A stretch of 63,968 nt of DNA, the filler included, from Octopus bimaculoides (Eukaryota): the NCBI RefSeq assembly GCF_001194135.2. It is 6 parts of 6 records of this genome, joined end to end, with 100 filler letters (N's around TTAATTAATTAA, not from the genome) between each part and the next. Parts side by side here need not be neighbours in the genome. Positions count along the whole stretch, not along the records: positions 45,647 to 54,413 come from NC_068981.1; positions 54,514 to 62,421 come from NC_069002.1; positions 62,522 to 63,968 come from NW_026422211.1; 3 more parts are not named here. One strand, written 5' to 3'. The notes under the pieces are model-generated. The model was not told the origin of the DNA. It saw nothing but the letters and a program-made list of their open reading frames with translations, and did no database searches. Both the position numbers and the translations under genes were made by a program. Shown here one piece after another: positions 50,430-63,696 of the stretch. The stretch's first letter is position 1. Every line of letters begins with the position of its first letter.

Positions 50430-51100
50430 GTAGGGTTTCGCAATTTTGAGGGAAGAGTACGTCGATTACGTTAACTCCAGTGGCAAACTGGTATTCATTT
50501 TAACGACTTCCAAATTATGAAAGGCAAAGTCGATCGTAACGGCATATGAACTAAGAACGTGAAATCAGAGGAAATACTATTATTCATTTTGTCCGGCCTA
50601 CTATCGATTCGGTCAGTTCACCGCCCTCGCATCTGTAATATAAATGAGATGATAAACTTCATTCAACTGAGATTACACGCCCACACTCACAAACTGACAG
50701 ACATACACACGCTCATAAAATGGCCTCTGTCGTTTAAGGTTGACCATGACTTTGCACATGTATGGGCAGGCTTGGGTAAGGTTTTTGTGGAAAAAATGCG
50801 TTAACAATACAGGTAATTCTCTCCTCCCCATGCGACCGGTGTTTAGCCAAAGGAAAGTTGGTTAGCTTAGGCCTCTATGACTTGGCACCAGTGTCATCGT
50901 AGGTGTGCTGCTGATAGAAGGCAAAGAGCCAGAACAGATAATAAGCACAAGTTATCTTCTTCGTTCCTCTAACAATTCTACCAGTCCACCGCTCTGGATT
51001 GGTACTCTTCCATCAATCTCCAAAAGGATGAGAGGGAAAATTGACTTCGGCAGGATCTGAACTCAGATGGCAAAGTGTCGGACCAAATACGGTGAAATTA
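50430..51100 (-). mobile_element. Two old SINE-B copies (50430-50628, 50981-51100)
   Basis: Degenerate gaaaggcaaagtcga / gaactcag / ggtac segments. Confidence 0.6.
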
Positions 51101-53159
51101 TTCATGCAAAACTCCATCTAGTGGAACTTGTGATTGAAAAGCCACAATCAACTTGGGATAAGGTAAATAAGATAAGTTGATAGAAATTTTCAGACGATAT
51201 AGATTATGTCGACTGCTGCTAACCTTGAAAGTCAAGTGGTGAGAACGAAGAAATTTCAGCTTAACTAGACTTCATCGAAGAGTACACAACTCGGTGTTTG
51301 TATGATGATGTTTAGAGAAGGAAGGAAAACAGGTAGTTAACCGAAATCAGGTTTCTTACAGGTATTAGATTCTTCAGTAAAAATAGAAATGAGGTTTCAT
51401 CCCATTCAATTCCACAATAATGCAATAAAAAAAAATTACTGCGCAGAAGTCTAATTGGTAGTCTGTTCTGTGGAGAAGTCTCTTAATTTCCCTCCCCCAA
51501 CAACACAATACAATACACAATCTTTTTTTGTTTGACACTTAAGTAGTCAGCTAAGCCATTAGCTTCTCATTGGTCTTTCTATCAACTGTGAATGGCTGGA
51601 TGAACGAACGAAACTATTCTATTATTCTCTGGAGCTGTTTGTCCACAAGAAGCAACCATATTTTTTTAGCTTACATGGGGAAAAATGCCTTGTGGTATTT
51701 CTTCTGGCTTATTATACTCTGAGTTCAAATTCTACCTCCACACCAAGCTCATTGATAGAGAGTCAGATTTTTAGGGCAGGGATCTCTTGCGTGTGAATAA
51801 GGCGCGTCGAGTAAAATTTGGTGCCTAGCCACTTTATCATTGATAGAGGCAGCAAAGACAACCTCCTCACCTAATGCTGCTAAGGAAGTTATCAGCTTGG
51901 CTGACTACTTCTCCCATCAATGCCATCAGGGAAGGTTCACTGCGCCACAACAATTGTATCCAAACTATTCCTGTCTACAAATTGTTGTTAATTTTGGCAT
52001 CAAACAACATTTAAACGTGTTTCTTCCTCGCGCCTGCTTTCTATTTTTTATTGATATATTTCAAGGTTCTTTATAGCGGCGGTAGCCGTAATGACCCCAT
52101 GTTCCTGTAGCTTGACTATAATTTCAAAATATACGTTTACTTCCCTCCATCAGTCTTTGAATTTATCCATGCTTGCATTGAACATCTCCAAATCCTATAT
52201 GAATGCCACAACAAAGGATTAATTTTTATTGGCATCACCCATTAATAAAACGCTTTTTTTTATTATCTATAAAAACGCAAATTTATGTTCCTCGGGCGAT
52301 CCTACTGTCGTTGCTGCATCTTATTCATGGAGAGAAGAGCACTCATCCTGTATTTATTTTTATTTCATACATATGTATTTTATAATTCTTGCAAATGTAC
52401 TGCCTTTTCTTTTATGACGTATAATCACTTTTTAAAAATAATTTTCTTGTATTAAATTTAGGTCTTATCATACGCATAAAACCAAAGAATTTGAAAACAG
52501 GTTTTCGCTCAAAGATTCTGTATTTTTGTCACGTTGCCATTCTTTTATTATATTTTACTGGACAACGCTACTCTTGTCTTTGTTGTTGCAAGACGTATTG
52601 GTACACACGTACAATGCATCTTTCTATATTTTGTGTTGTTGTTATCTGTGTTTAATTTATGTGTTATTGTCAAAATGTTCAGAATCGTAGTTAACATTAA
52701 ATCAAGACATTAAAAATATTCTCCTCCTACGTAGAAGGAAGGTGGCAACTACCTGTGGCCATCTTAAAACTGCTGCTCGAAGCAGAATTCACATAAATAT
52801 TTCTTCTTCTCAAGCAATATTTCTTCTCAAACAATATTTCTACTTCTCAAGATAGAAATGTGTGAATGAAACACATGCGCGTACATAAACACACATACAC
52901 AAAAGAAAAATAACAGTATTACTACCTTTTAAGTGGAAAGATTTCAACAAGTTTGTTCGAATATTTCTGTTGGAAATGTTTGAAAAATACAATAAGTCAT
53001 CAGTTTGAAAAGTGTCGGGAAAACTCAGCAGTTGTAAATCTGAAAGTGAAAGATGAGAAGCATGTATTGTTGCAGTAAAATGAACAACAGCAACAACAAC
53101 AACAATAACAACAAGAACAACAGCAACAACAAGAACAACAAAAATAAAAAGATAATAAT

Positions 53160-53366
53160 AATCCTTTCTACTGGAAGCAGAAAAGAAGGGAAGGGATTAA
53201 GTCGATTACATCGATCCCAGTCCGTAACTGGTACTTATTCAATCAGCCTCGAAAGGATGAAAGGCAAAGTCGACCTCGACGGAATTTGAACTCAAAACGT
53301 GAAGACGGACGAAATGCCGCTACGCATCTTTCCCAGAGTGCTAATGATTCTGTCAGCTCGCCGCTT
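53160..53366 (-). mobile_element. SINE-B with (TAA/CAA)n tail
   Basis: Matches the SINE-B consensus seen elsewhere in the window. Confidence 0.85.
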
Positions 53367-53428
<62 letters not shown>

Positions 53429-53431
53429 ATG

Positions 53432-53969
53432 TAGTACCAGGTAGTGACTCTCATGGCTTTTGATCTTAACCGATTGGAAGTGTTATCATTTACATTGTTT
53501 CACCTTGGTGTAAAAGGTGGGTTACAGCAAATATTCTGCTCAATACCATAGATTTGCTTTTTAGTTGGTTGACCTTAACCAGTTGAGTATGTCCTATAGT
53601 GGCCGACAATGTGTGCATCTCTGATCATGAGAAAAAGTAGTGGGGGAGCATCATAGTCATGTGTTGAGAGAAATTCTTTGAGGTTTGAATTATTCACTTC
53701 AGGAAACATGGGTATTTTGTTCATCATCCTTAAACAACCCTTATTCAGGGACATTTTGAGCGGGATGGGCTACTCAACCTGAAGAACATTCTGAGCCCCA
53801 CCTGCAAAGACATGTGCCGTTTATCTTGAAGTGAGATACCATGTCGCGCACTTAGAGTTGTGATGCATGTGCCTGGTGTACCCTTATCAGACGAGTAGTC
53901 ATGATGGGTATATTGAGCTTCGTATATTTGTACTCCATTCTCACTTTGATGGCATACGCTGCCCTTTCG
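53432..53969. repeat. Unclassified ~540-bp interspersed-repeat-like insert between (TAG)n and (TAA)n runs
   Basis: Complex sequence bounded by trinucleotide runs. Recalled from memory as a common octopus repeat; not verified. Confidence 0.4.
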
Positions 53970-53970
53970 C

Positions 53971-54030
<60 letters not shown>

Positions 54031-54034
<4 letters not shown>

Positions 54035-54413
54035 TTGAAAGAGTTAAGGTAACTGATAGGCAAAGTGTAATAATGATTGAAAAAGTTAAGGTAACTGATA
54101 GGCAAAGTGAAATACTCTCTGAACCAACCATAAACACTAAGTCAGGTGAAAATCAAATAGATGAAGAAAGTCATACAAAAATCGACGCAACAGAACTACA
54201 TGATCTAAAAAATCAAATCATGATTGAATGGCTGAAAATTAAAGAAACCAGTATGAATGAACGCGACACTCTCCCCAAAATTCGCAATTCTAACCAAAAC
54301 CTGAAAATAATTGGTAAAATCCGCCTTGCACTTAAGGATATAATTTCAGCTAATGATGTTGATATTACAGATCTCAACCACCTGTACTATGCATCCGCAA
54401 AAATCTCAACGGT
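54031..54413 (+). mobile_element. R4/Dong-like ORF N-terminal-region fragment starting in (TAA)n and cut by a scaffold join
   Basis: Open frame ...NERDTLPKIRNSNQN...DITDLNHLYYASAKI resembles the pre-RT region of R4-clade ORFs. Confidence 0.65.
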
Positions 54414-54513
54414 NNNNNNNNNNNNNNNNNNNNNNNNNNNNNNNNNNNNNNNNNNNNTTAATTAATTAANNNNNNNNNNNNNNNNNNNNNNNNNNNNNNN
54501 NNNNNNNNNNNNN

Positions 54514-54550
<37 letters not shown>

Positions 54551-54559
54551 CATACGTAC

Positions 54560-56360
54560 GAACAGAGCAAGTGAGAACAAGAAAAAGAGAGAGTGAGAGA
54601 TAGAGAGAGAGTTACTTGCCTAGCTAGATCGATAGATTGGTGGATAGACAGGTAGAGATAGTTATATAGGAAGACAGACAGACAATGCAGCCTGCTAGCC
54701 AGTCAGATTGCTAGCTAAATATATAGATAGCCAGAATGCTTAAAGGAAAGACATAAAGTCATTAAAGAAAGAAGGAAAAGACGAAGAAAGAAGATAGAAA
54801 AAAAGAAAGACAAAAAAGAATTGTACGTGTCTAAAGAGGTTGAGAGGAATTGAATAAAAGTAAGGAAAGAGAAGGAAAATAAATGAAAGAGAAAAATGGA
54901 AAAGAAGAATAAGAAAAGGATAAGAGATAAGGCGAAAAGCTATTTCGGTAAAGGGCAGAAGCCGGCAGAAGATTTCTACGGAATCTCGTTAATGGTGCAG
55001 AGTTTGATCTGTTGAAGCTACTTTGGTAAATTGAAGTACGGTTTGACCGTCAACTAAGATGTCTTAACGTACATTTTGCTTAACGCAGACGACCAAAGCA
55101 AAAAGACGCAGACGACCGACAGAGGAAGCGAAAAGGGAAAGAAAGCTGGGAAACGCAGTGACACATAGAGAGAGGGAGGGAGAAAGGGAGGGAGGGAGAA
55201 AGCGAGAGAGAGAGAGAGAGTGAGATCAACAAAGAGGAATGGAAGGGAAAGCGTATGTGTGTGTGTGTGTGTGTCGGGGGTGAATGACCAAGAGAGAATA
55301 TAAAGGTGAGAGAGAGACAAAGAGAAAGAGAAGCAGAGAGAGGTATATACAGATATTGAGAAAGATAAAGGGACAAGCATAAAAAGAGAAAGATGGGGAA
55401 GATTGTTTGTGAAAGAATCAGTGATGGCGAGACAGAGAACGAACGAGAGAAAGAGTGATTGAGAAAGAGCTTGAGAGGTAAAGAGGAGAGAGAGGAGAGA
55501 GAGGAGAGGCAGAGAGACAGAGAGAGAAGAGGAAGAGAGAGAGAGAGAGAGGGAAAGGCATAGAAACAGAGAGAGAAGAGGAAGAGAGAGAGAGAGAGAG
55601 AGGGAAAGGCATAGAGAGGTAGGGAGAGGCAGAAAGAGAGGGAAAAATATATATATAGAGAGAGAGCAGCAGGGGGAAAATGGGGTGGGGGCAGAGAGAG
55701 AGAGAGAGAGGGGTAGAGAGAGGAAAAGCAGAAGGAAAGAGAGAGAGAGAGAGAGAGAGAGGAAGAGAGGGAGGAAGAAAGAGGGAAGAGGAGAGTAGTA
55801 GTAGGAGGAGAGGAGAAGATGAAAATGGAGAGAATGTGGAACGAAGCTGGACGGGAGGTGGAAAGGGGCCAGGAAGCGGAAGGAAGGGTTGGGTGGCTTG
55901 GTGAGGTAGGGGTGTGTGTGTGATGTAGTGTTGTTGTTGTTGTTGTTGTGTGTTTGTGGGTAGCATGGGTGTGGGTGGTGGATTGTGAATAGACAGAAGA
56001 AACGTTTCTGGGAAATATTTGTATGTATTTACGAATATTATTAATGCACTCCCAGGGAAAGATAAAGAACGGAATAGCTGTAGTAATAGGCGGGGTTGGG
56101 GGGTTGGGGGGTTGGGAGAGATAGAACCAGAGAATAGGAAGTATTAGGGAATAGGAGAATTAGAGAATAGGAGAATTAGGGAATTGGAAGGAATAGCAAC
56201 GATATAGGTGCAATAAGATGAATAGATGAAAAAAGAAACTATAGGGGCGATCAAAAGAATAGGAGCAACAAGGGTTGTTATAGGATACAGTAAAAGGGGT
56301 TTAGAAATTTGGAATAAGTCCAGAAATTTTAGGGGCAGGGGTTTAACTATATTACATGGA
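54560..56360. repeat. Extended purine-rich low-complexity region including a G-quadruplex motif at 56092-56116
   Basis: GA-rich + strand; GGGG-TT-GGGGGG-TT-GGGGGG-TT-GGG. Confidence 0.8.
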
Positions 56361-56423
56361 CCCAAATAATTGACAGGAATGTTAGTAAACAGTATTTCCG
56401 TCCGTCTTTATGATCCTTTAGAC

Positions 56424-56580
56424 CAGTGGTTCCTAAAGTGAGTGGTATGGTACTCCCTGAGGGCGGTAGAAGGATCCATCGGGGGTGGGGGAGGGCGTTG
56501 AAGAAAAGTGGGGCGATAATGGGGTAGCGATTTATGTAAAAGCAACAAGGTAATGGGGTTCGTTAGGATGTAGCACAAGC
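56424..56580 (+). mobile_element. hAT (Charlie-like) 5' end fragment
   Basis: CAGTGGTTCCTAAAGTG terminus preceded by CTTTAGAC. No matching 3' TIR found. Confidence 0.45.
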
Positions 56581-56778
56581 AATGTATTAATTAATATGAC
56601 ACTCGGAAAAGTAAAAGAGTACTTGTTTTATGTTTCGAGCACAGCTCTTCTTCGGAAACAGGAAAAACAGAAAAGTCCAAAGAGAAGAAGGAAAGAAGAA
56701 AAAAAAACCCGCCAATAATCCATGAGCTGTGTTGTTATGCACACACATACCAATGTATATAACGTATATGGGTTTTCA

Positions 56779-56819
<41 letters not shown>

Positions 56820-56963
56820 TGTGAGTGGGAGAGATTCTGCGTATGTGTGTGTGTGTGCGTGCGCGTGTATCACTTAAGTTCACTCTTGAAGATAGCGATA
56901 ACGTTTCGTTTCGCATCATTTCTATCTCAGTGAATGTTTCGTACGTATCTGTGTGAATGTATG

Positions 56964-57009
<46 letters not shown>

Positions 57010-57550
57010 CACACACATATATTAGGTACGTGTGTAACACATGTATGAGCCTGTGCATATGTGTGTATGTGTTTGTACGCATTAGTGTATGTGTGTGTAC
57101 GCATGAGCGTATGTGCGTGTGTGTACGCATGAGTGTATGTGCGTGTGTATGTGCGTGTGTATGTGTATGTGTGTATGTGTGTGTGTGTATGTATGTGTGT
57201 GTGTTGAGTGTGATGTTATGGGTGGTAAACGAATCAAGCTGACGTGTCCATCTTAAAAACGTATTTCAGGCGTAAATATTGTAATTGCCGTTCCCGTCAT
57301 GCCTTGACGATGGTACACAAACACACACACACATGCGCGCACACACCTACACACACACACACACACACACACGCACAAACAAACACACATACACAAATGC
57401 ACGCATGTACCCGTGCGGAAGTACAGGCAAAGACAAAGACATATCTAGGCGAACATATCTACCCGTATATTCATATTTAAATATTCCGACACCCATACAT
57501 TAACACACATAGTAAAGACACAACGATGTATGCATGCATACATACATACA

Positions 57551-57620
<70 letters not shown>

Positions 57621-57899
57621 NNNNNNNNNNNNNNNNNNNNNNNNNNNNNNNNNNNNNNNNNNNNNNNNNNNNNNNNNNNNNNNNNNNNNNNNNNNNNNNN
57701 NNNNNNNNNNNNNNNNNNNNNNNNNNNNNNNNNNNNNNNNNNNNNNNNNNNNNNNNNNNNNNNNNNNNNNNNNNNNNNNNNNNNNNNNNNNNNNNNNNNN
57801 NNNNNNNNNNNNNNNNNNNNNNNNNNNNNNNNNNNNNNNNNNNNNNNNNNNNNNNNNNGCATACAAACACATCTCTCTCTCTATCTATCTGTCTATCTG

Positions 57900-57960
<61 letters not shown>

Positions 57961-58822
57961 TTGTTTGCCTGGAATTTTTTTTATGAAACTTTGATTTCTA
58001 GCATAAAACAGCCTTAGAAACACGCTGGGATGATCAAAATAACATTTCAAAATAACATTTTAAATAGAAATAAGCGAGATATTGGGTGAAAAATTAACAA
58101 ACCTCATTTGAATATCAGAGAAATATACCTAGTAGATATAGCAAAAAGGTTAGATATGTGTAAATATTGACAGATGATTACGAAATTTGTAATTTTTAAG
58201 TGATTTCATATGAGATCACTGGTAGGTAATGGGTTAATATATGAATGCCTTATACACTTGCGCTAGAGATGATGATAATATTCCTTGGAAAACGTGTCTG
58301 CTAATCCTTTCGTACATCTTCCGTGGGATTTCCAAGTGCACAGTGTGAGTCTTCTATGACGTTTTTCGTATCCTCGTTACAACCAGATCAAAGTCAAAGT
58401 GCGACGGAGAATCCCATAACATTGTGGAAATGTAATCGTTGCGTCTCGTGTATTTGCCGCTAATCGTTTTAAATTCACTTCTATTAATATTCGATACACC
58501 TGAGTAGTTAATAGCCATGCTTTGCTCACGTTAATTAGGAATTTAATTGAAATATTTGGTGGAACCAACTTCAATAAACGACAAAGTCACAATGATTGCC
58601 TTGCAGTATCTAACCGGCTCTTAACGCTCCACGATTTCACGTTCGTTTCCCAAACGCTTTAAAAGGTTAATATTTCTTTCTTTTTGTTTTTTAAAAACAA
58701 TTTCTTTGTCAGCCAGCCAACGCTCTCTCTCCGTTTTGGTGTACACGACCAGTCCGTGATTCTCCCCTTTTGATATTCTTAGCCAATTTATTTCGGATTT
58801 TGTATATTAAACATAAATGACT

Positions 58823-58868
<46 letters not shown>

Positions 58869-59903
58869 NNNNNNNNNNNNNNNNNNNNNNNNNNNNNNNN
58901 NNNNNNNNNNNNNNNNNNNNNNNNNNNNNNNNNNNNNNNNNNNNNNNNNNNNNNNNNNNNNNNNNNNNNNNNNNNNNNNNNNNNNNNNNNNNNNNNNNNN
59001 NNNNNNNNNNNNNNNNNNNNNNNNNNNNNNNNNNNNNNNNNNNNNNNNNNNNNNNNNNNNNNNNNNNNNNNNNNNNNNNNNNNNNNNNNNNNNNNNNNNN
59101 NNNNNNNNNNNNNNNNNNNNNNNNNNNNNNNNNNNNNNNNNNNNNNNNNNNNNNNNNNNNNNNNNNNNNNNNNNNNNNNNNNNNNNNNNNNNNNNNNNNN
59201 NNNNNNNNNNNNNNNNNNNNNNNNNNNNNNNNNNNNNNNNNNNNNNNNNNNNNNNNNNNNNNNNNNNNNNNNNNNNNNNNNNNNNNNNNNNNNNNNNNNN
59301 NNNNNNNNNNNNNNNNNNNNNNNNNNNNNNNNNNNNNNNNNNNNNNNNNNNNNNNNNNNNNNNNNNNNNNNNNNNNNNNNNNNNNNNNNNNNNNNNNNNN
59401 NNNNNNNNNNNNNNNNNNNNNNNNNNNNNNNNNNNNNNNNNNNNNNNNNNNNNNNNNNNNNNNNNNNNNNNNNNNNNNNNNNNNNNNNNNNNNNNNNNNN
59501 NNNNNNNNNNNNNNNNNNNNNNNNNNNNNNNNNNNNNNNNNNNNNNNNNNNNNNNNNNNNNNNNNNNNNNNNNNNNNNNNNNNNNNNNNNNNNNNNNNNN
59601 NNNNNNNNNNNNNNNNNNNNNNNNNNNNNNNNNNNNNNNNNNNNNNNNNNNNNNNNNNNNNNNNNNNNNNNNNNNNNNNNNNNNNNNNNNNNNNNNNTTC
59701 AAAACAAGAGCTTTATTTAGACAATTCTAACCATCTGACAACAGTCATCAGGCATCAGGCGTCATATTTTGTGTTCTTCCCTTCTTAACTAATCAAGCAA
59801 AAGAATGGACAGGAAGTGAAACGACTGGCTGGCAGGTTGGCTGGCTGGCTGGCTGGCGGGCGAGATGGCTGGATGGTTGTTCGGCTGGTCGGTTGGTCTA
59901 ATC

Positions 59904-60965
59904 CAAGGGGTTCTCGATCACATTCTTTATCTATAAACCGCTTCGATTACATTTTTATCTTGATGACCCCCGTAGCTATTCGATGGTTAAAAACTAGACT
60001 TATGGAAGCTTCTTCCAAAATTCTTACTTAATTTCTTCACACATTAATTTGTGAAGGTTGAACTAATGTAAAATATTGGAGAACAATACCTAACTGCTTC
60101 TTGCAGTACATACAGCTAATACATACAGCTAATACATACAGCTAATACAAATTTTTTTCACGGGCTCTAAAAATTCTACCGTTCATCCCTAGTTTACTAT
60201 TTCGCATGCATGGACCCCTTTGATTACCATTTTATTCTAGTGGACCCCCATAGCCATTTGAGGCTTAAAAGCTAGTTTTATAGAAACTTCTTTCAAAATC
60301 CCTATTTTGTTATTCACATATCAACTTGTGTAGGTTGAACTATGTAAAATGTTAGAGAAAGAAACTCAGCTGTTTCTTGCAATACATATCAATACATACA
60401 TTTAAAGCAGGGGTTTTCAACCATTTTTTTTTTATCTATGGACTCCTTTGATTACTATTTCATTCTGGTGGACCCCCATAGCTTCTGGACGTTTTAATAC
60501 TAGTTTTATAGAAACTTCTTTCAAAATCCCTATTTTGTTTATCACACGTTAACTTGTATAGGTTGAACCATGTAAAACGTTAGAGAAAGAAACTCAGCTG
60601 TTTCATGCAATACATAACAATACATTCATCTAAAGCTGGAATTCTCAACCCTTTTTATAAATCTTTGGAGTCCTTTGATTACTGTTTCATTCTGGTGGAC
60701 CCCTACAGCAATTTGAGGTTTAAAAACTAGTTTTATAGAAACTTCTTTCAAAATCCCTATTTGTGTAAGTTGAATTGTGTAAAATGTTAGAGAAAGAAAC
60801 CCGGCCCTTTCTTACATACCAATACATACATCTAAAGCAAATATATTTTCAGGGGCTCCTAAAATACTATTGCGGATCCCCATTTTACTATTTTGTTACG
60901 TGCCCCTCCCCACAATCTTTATATGGACCTTCAGGGATCATATGGATCCCAGTTGAAAACCACTG
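59904..60965. mobile_element. hAT (Charlie-like) non-autonomous element with four internal ~228-bp tandem units
   Basis: Ends CAAGGGGTTCTC and GTTGAAAACCACTG; 8-bp flanks GTCTAATC and GTCCAGTC (6/8 identical); unit marker ctag at 59994, 60272, 60500 and 60727. Confidence 0.75.
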
Positions 60966-61340
60966 GTCCAGTCTGTTGTTTGTTTATTTGTTTGTTTGTT
61001 TGGTTGGTTGGTTGGCTTCACGGCTTGATGGTTTTGTACATGGACTGTTCGACGGCTGAGCTGATTGGAGGCTCTTCAAGAGGAATGGGCAAACATTATT
61101 ATAGCTTCACAATAATGGTAAAAGCGACGATAAAAGACTAAAAAAATGCAACAACAAAAATAACAATGAAGATAACTACTACATCTATAAGAACAACAAC
61201 AATAGTAATAATAATTAAAAAAAAAGCGCTGAGAAAAAGAATAAAAACAACAAAAGCACATTTCCCAAGAGAATATCCCAGAGATTATCTTGATCTGCAA
61301 AACCTCAATAGATCTAGTTACAACAACAACAATAACAGCA

Positions 61341-61396
<56 letters not shown>

Positions 61397-61434
61397 AGCC
61401 GCTGATGGTACTACTATTACTACTCTACTGCTGT

Positions 61435-61689
61435 GAAGGCGGAATGGCTCAGTGGTTAAGGCATCGGACTCGCAGTCGTAGGATCGCGGTTTCGATTCCC
61501 AGACCGGGCGTTGTGAGTGTTTATTGAGCGAAAACGCCTAAAGTTCCACGAGGCTCCGCCAGGGGGTGGTGGTGAACCCTGCTGTACTCTTTCACCACAA
61601 CTTTCTCTCACTCTTACCTCCTGTTTCACTTGTGCCTCTATTTCAAAGGGCTGGCCTTGTCACACTCTGTGTCACGCTGAATCTCCCTG
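61435..61689 (+). mobile_element. tRNA-derived SINE (family C), 3'-truncated by a microsatellite
   Basis: A box TGGCTCAGTGG, B box GGTTTCGATTCCC, and a downstream domain shared with 27798-28093. Confidence 0.8.
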
Positions 61690-61707
61690 TTTGTCTGTCT
61701 GTCTGTA

Positions 61708-61748
<41 letters not shown>

Positions 61749-61867
61749 ATCTATCTATCTATCCTCTTCATTAAAACTTCGCTTTTTTTGTTACTTCTCG
61801 GTTTCAGCATTAATAGAAACAGCGAAGTAAAATTCTCCAGTCGCAAGCGTGCACACACACACACACG

Positions 61868-61920
<53 letters not shown>

Positions 61921-62661
61921 ATATATATGTTTGTGCGTGTGTCTGTGCGTGCGTGCGTGTGTCTGTGCGTGCGTGTGTGTGTGTGTTAGACAATATGTAT
62001 CAGCTTACTCTTCAAACACATTCATACATGTACATACATCCATATTCAATCAGCCACATTCACACACACACACACACACACACAAGTACACAACTTATGT
62101 ACTTGTACACATACACACACACACACTCACACACACACACACTCACACACACACACTCACACACACACATACACAAAAACATACAGGCACGTACACACTC
62201 AAACGTACAAACTCTCCTACCCCTCACCCTCACACCCACATATATAATTAGCGTCGGTCGTAAATCGGTAAGTGGAGGGTGGGTGTCTTACCGAGTTAAG
62301 TGGAGGAATTCTTCGTGAGAAAGCAAACACCAGAATTGTCAGGAAAAAAAAACAGAATATTAGAACGGTAGGTAATAAAAAAAACACGTCGCTAAACACT
62401 GCAAAAATGTTAATTGTAATANNNNNNNNNNNNNNNNNNNNNNNNNNNNNNNNNNNNNNNNNNNNTTAATTAATTAANNNNNNNNNNNNNNNNNNNNNNN
62501 NNNNNNNNNNNNNNNNNNNNNCACATACACACACACATATACTTACATACATGCATACACATACATGCGCACATGTATCTATCCACATGCACACACATGA
62601 GCATATGCACATGTGCATGCAAGCACACATGCACACATAAGTGTGTGTGAGTGAATATACA

Positions 62662-63572
62662 TATCATCATCAACATCATCATCATTTAACGTCCATTTTC
62701 TATGCTGGCATGGGTAAGATAGTTTGACTGGAACTGGTAAGTCAGAGAGCTGCACCAGGTTCCAGTTTGATTTGGCATGGTTTCTATGTCTGGATGCCCT
62801 TCTTAATGCCAACCACTCCAAGAGTATAGTGGGTGCCTTTTATGTGTCACCAGCACAAGCCACAACTATGATTTCACTTAGCTTCATGAGTCTTCTCAAG
62901 CACAGTAAATCGTCAAAGGTCTTAATCAATTGTCATCACTTCCGTAAGACCCAACATTCAAAGATCATGCTTCACAACCTCATTCATGATTTCCTGGCTC
63001 TACCTCTCCCACAGCGTTCCTCCGCAGTTAGAGATTGGCACTTTTTTTTAGACAGCTGTCCTTGTCCATAAGCATCACATAACCATACCAGTGCAGTTAT
63101 CTCTCTTGCAGATCACATTTGATGCCTCTTATGCACAATTTTTCTCTCAAGATGTTTACACACTGTCATACATGCACAGTAACATGGCACACCCAGCAAA
63201 GCATACAAGCTTCATTTCTTTCAAAGCTTCACATGTTCTCTGCTGTCACAGCCCATGTTTCACTTCCATGTAGCATGGCTGTTTGCATATAGGCATCATA
63301 TAATCTGCCTTTCATTTTGAGGGAGAGACCCTTTGCTATCAACAAAGGTAGAAGCTCTCTGAACTTAGCCCAGCCTATTCTTATTCTAGCAGCTACAATC
63401 TCAGAGCATCCACCTCCACTGTAGACTTGGTCACCTAGATAATGAAAGCTATCAGCTACTTCTAGGGATCTCCACTGGCGTTTGATAGAGTCTGTTTTCT
63501 GTACATTTCTAGTTTTTGTACCTGTACGTCTGCCACACACAACGACTCTTTTCCTTGTTAACCTTCCTCTGA
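62662..63572 (-). mobile_element. RTE-clade LINE, 5'-truncated, with (GAT)n tail
   Basis: LEVADSFHYLGDQVYSGGGCSEIVAARIRIGWAKFRELLPLL...LKMKGRLYDAYMQTAMLHGSETW, a downstream LHWYGYV motif, and a 3' end ...ggacgttaaatgatgatgatg. Confidence 0.93.
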
Positions 63573-63660
63573 TATTATTATACTTACATATACATACATA
63601 CACATGCACACACACGCAATACATGTGTGTGTGTGTGCATGTGTATATATATATAAATAC

Positions 63661-63696
<36 letters not shown>

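Noticed and set aside
52795-52850. Three copies of aatatttcttctcaa
   Set aside because: Ordinary short slippage repeat with no further structure.
61435-61510. tRNA gene
   Set aside because: It has A and B boxes but no pairing acceptor stem or terminator, and it continues into a SINE body shared with 27798.
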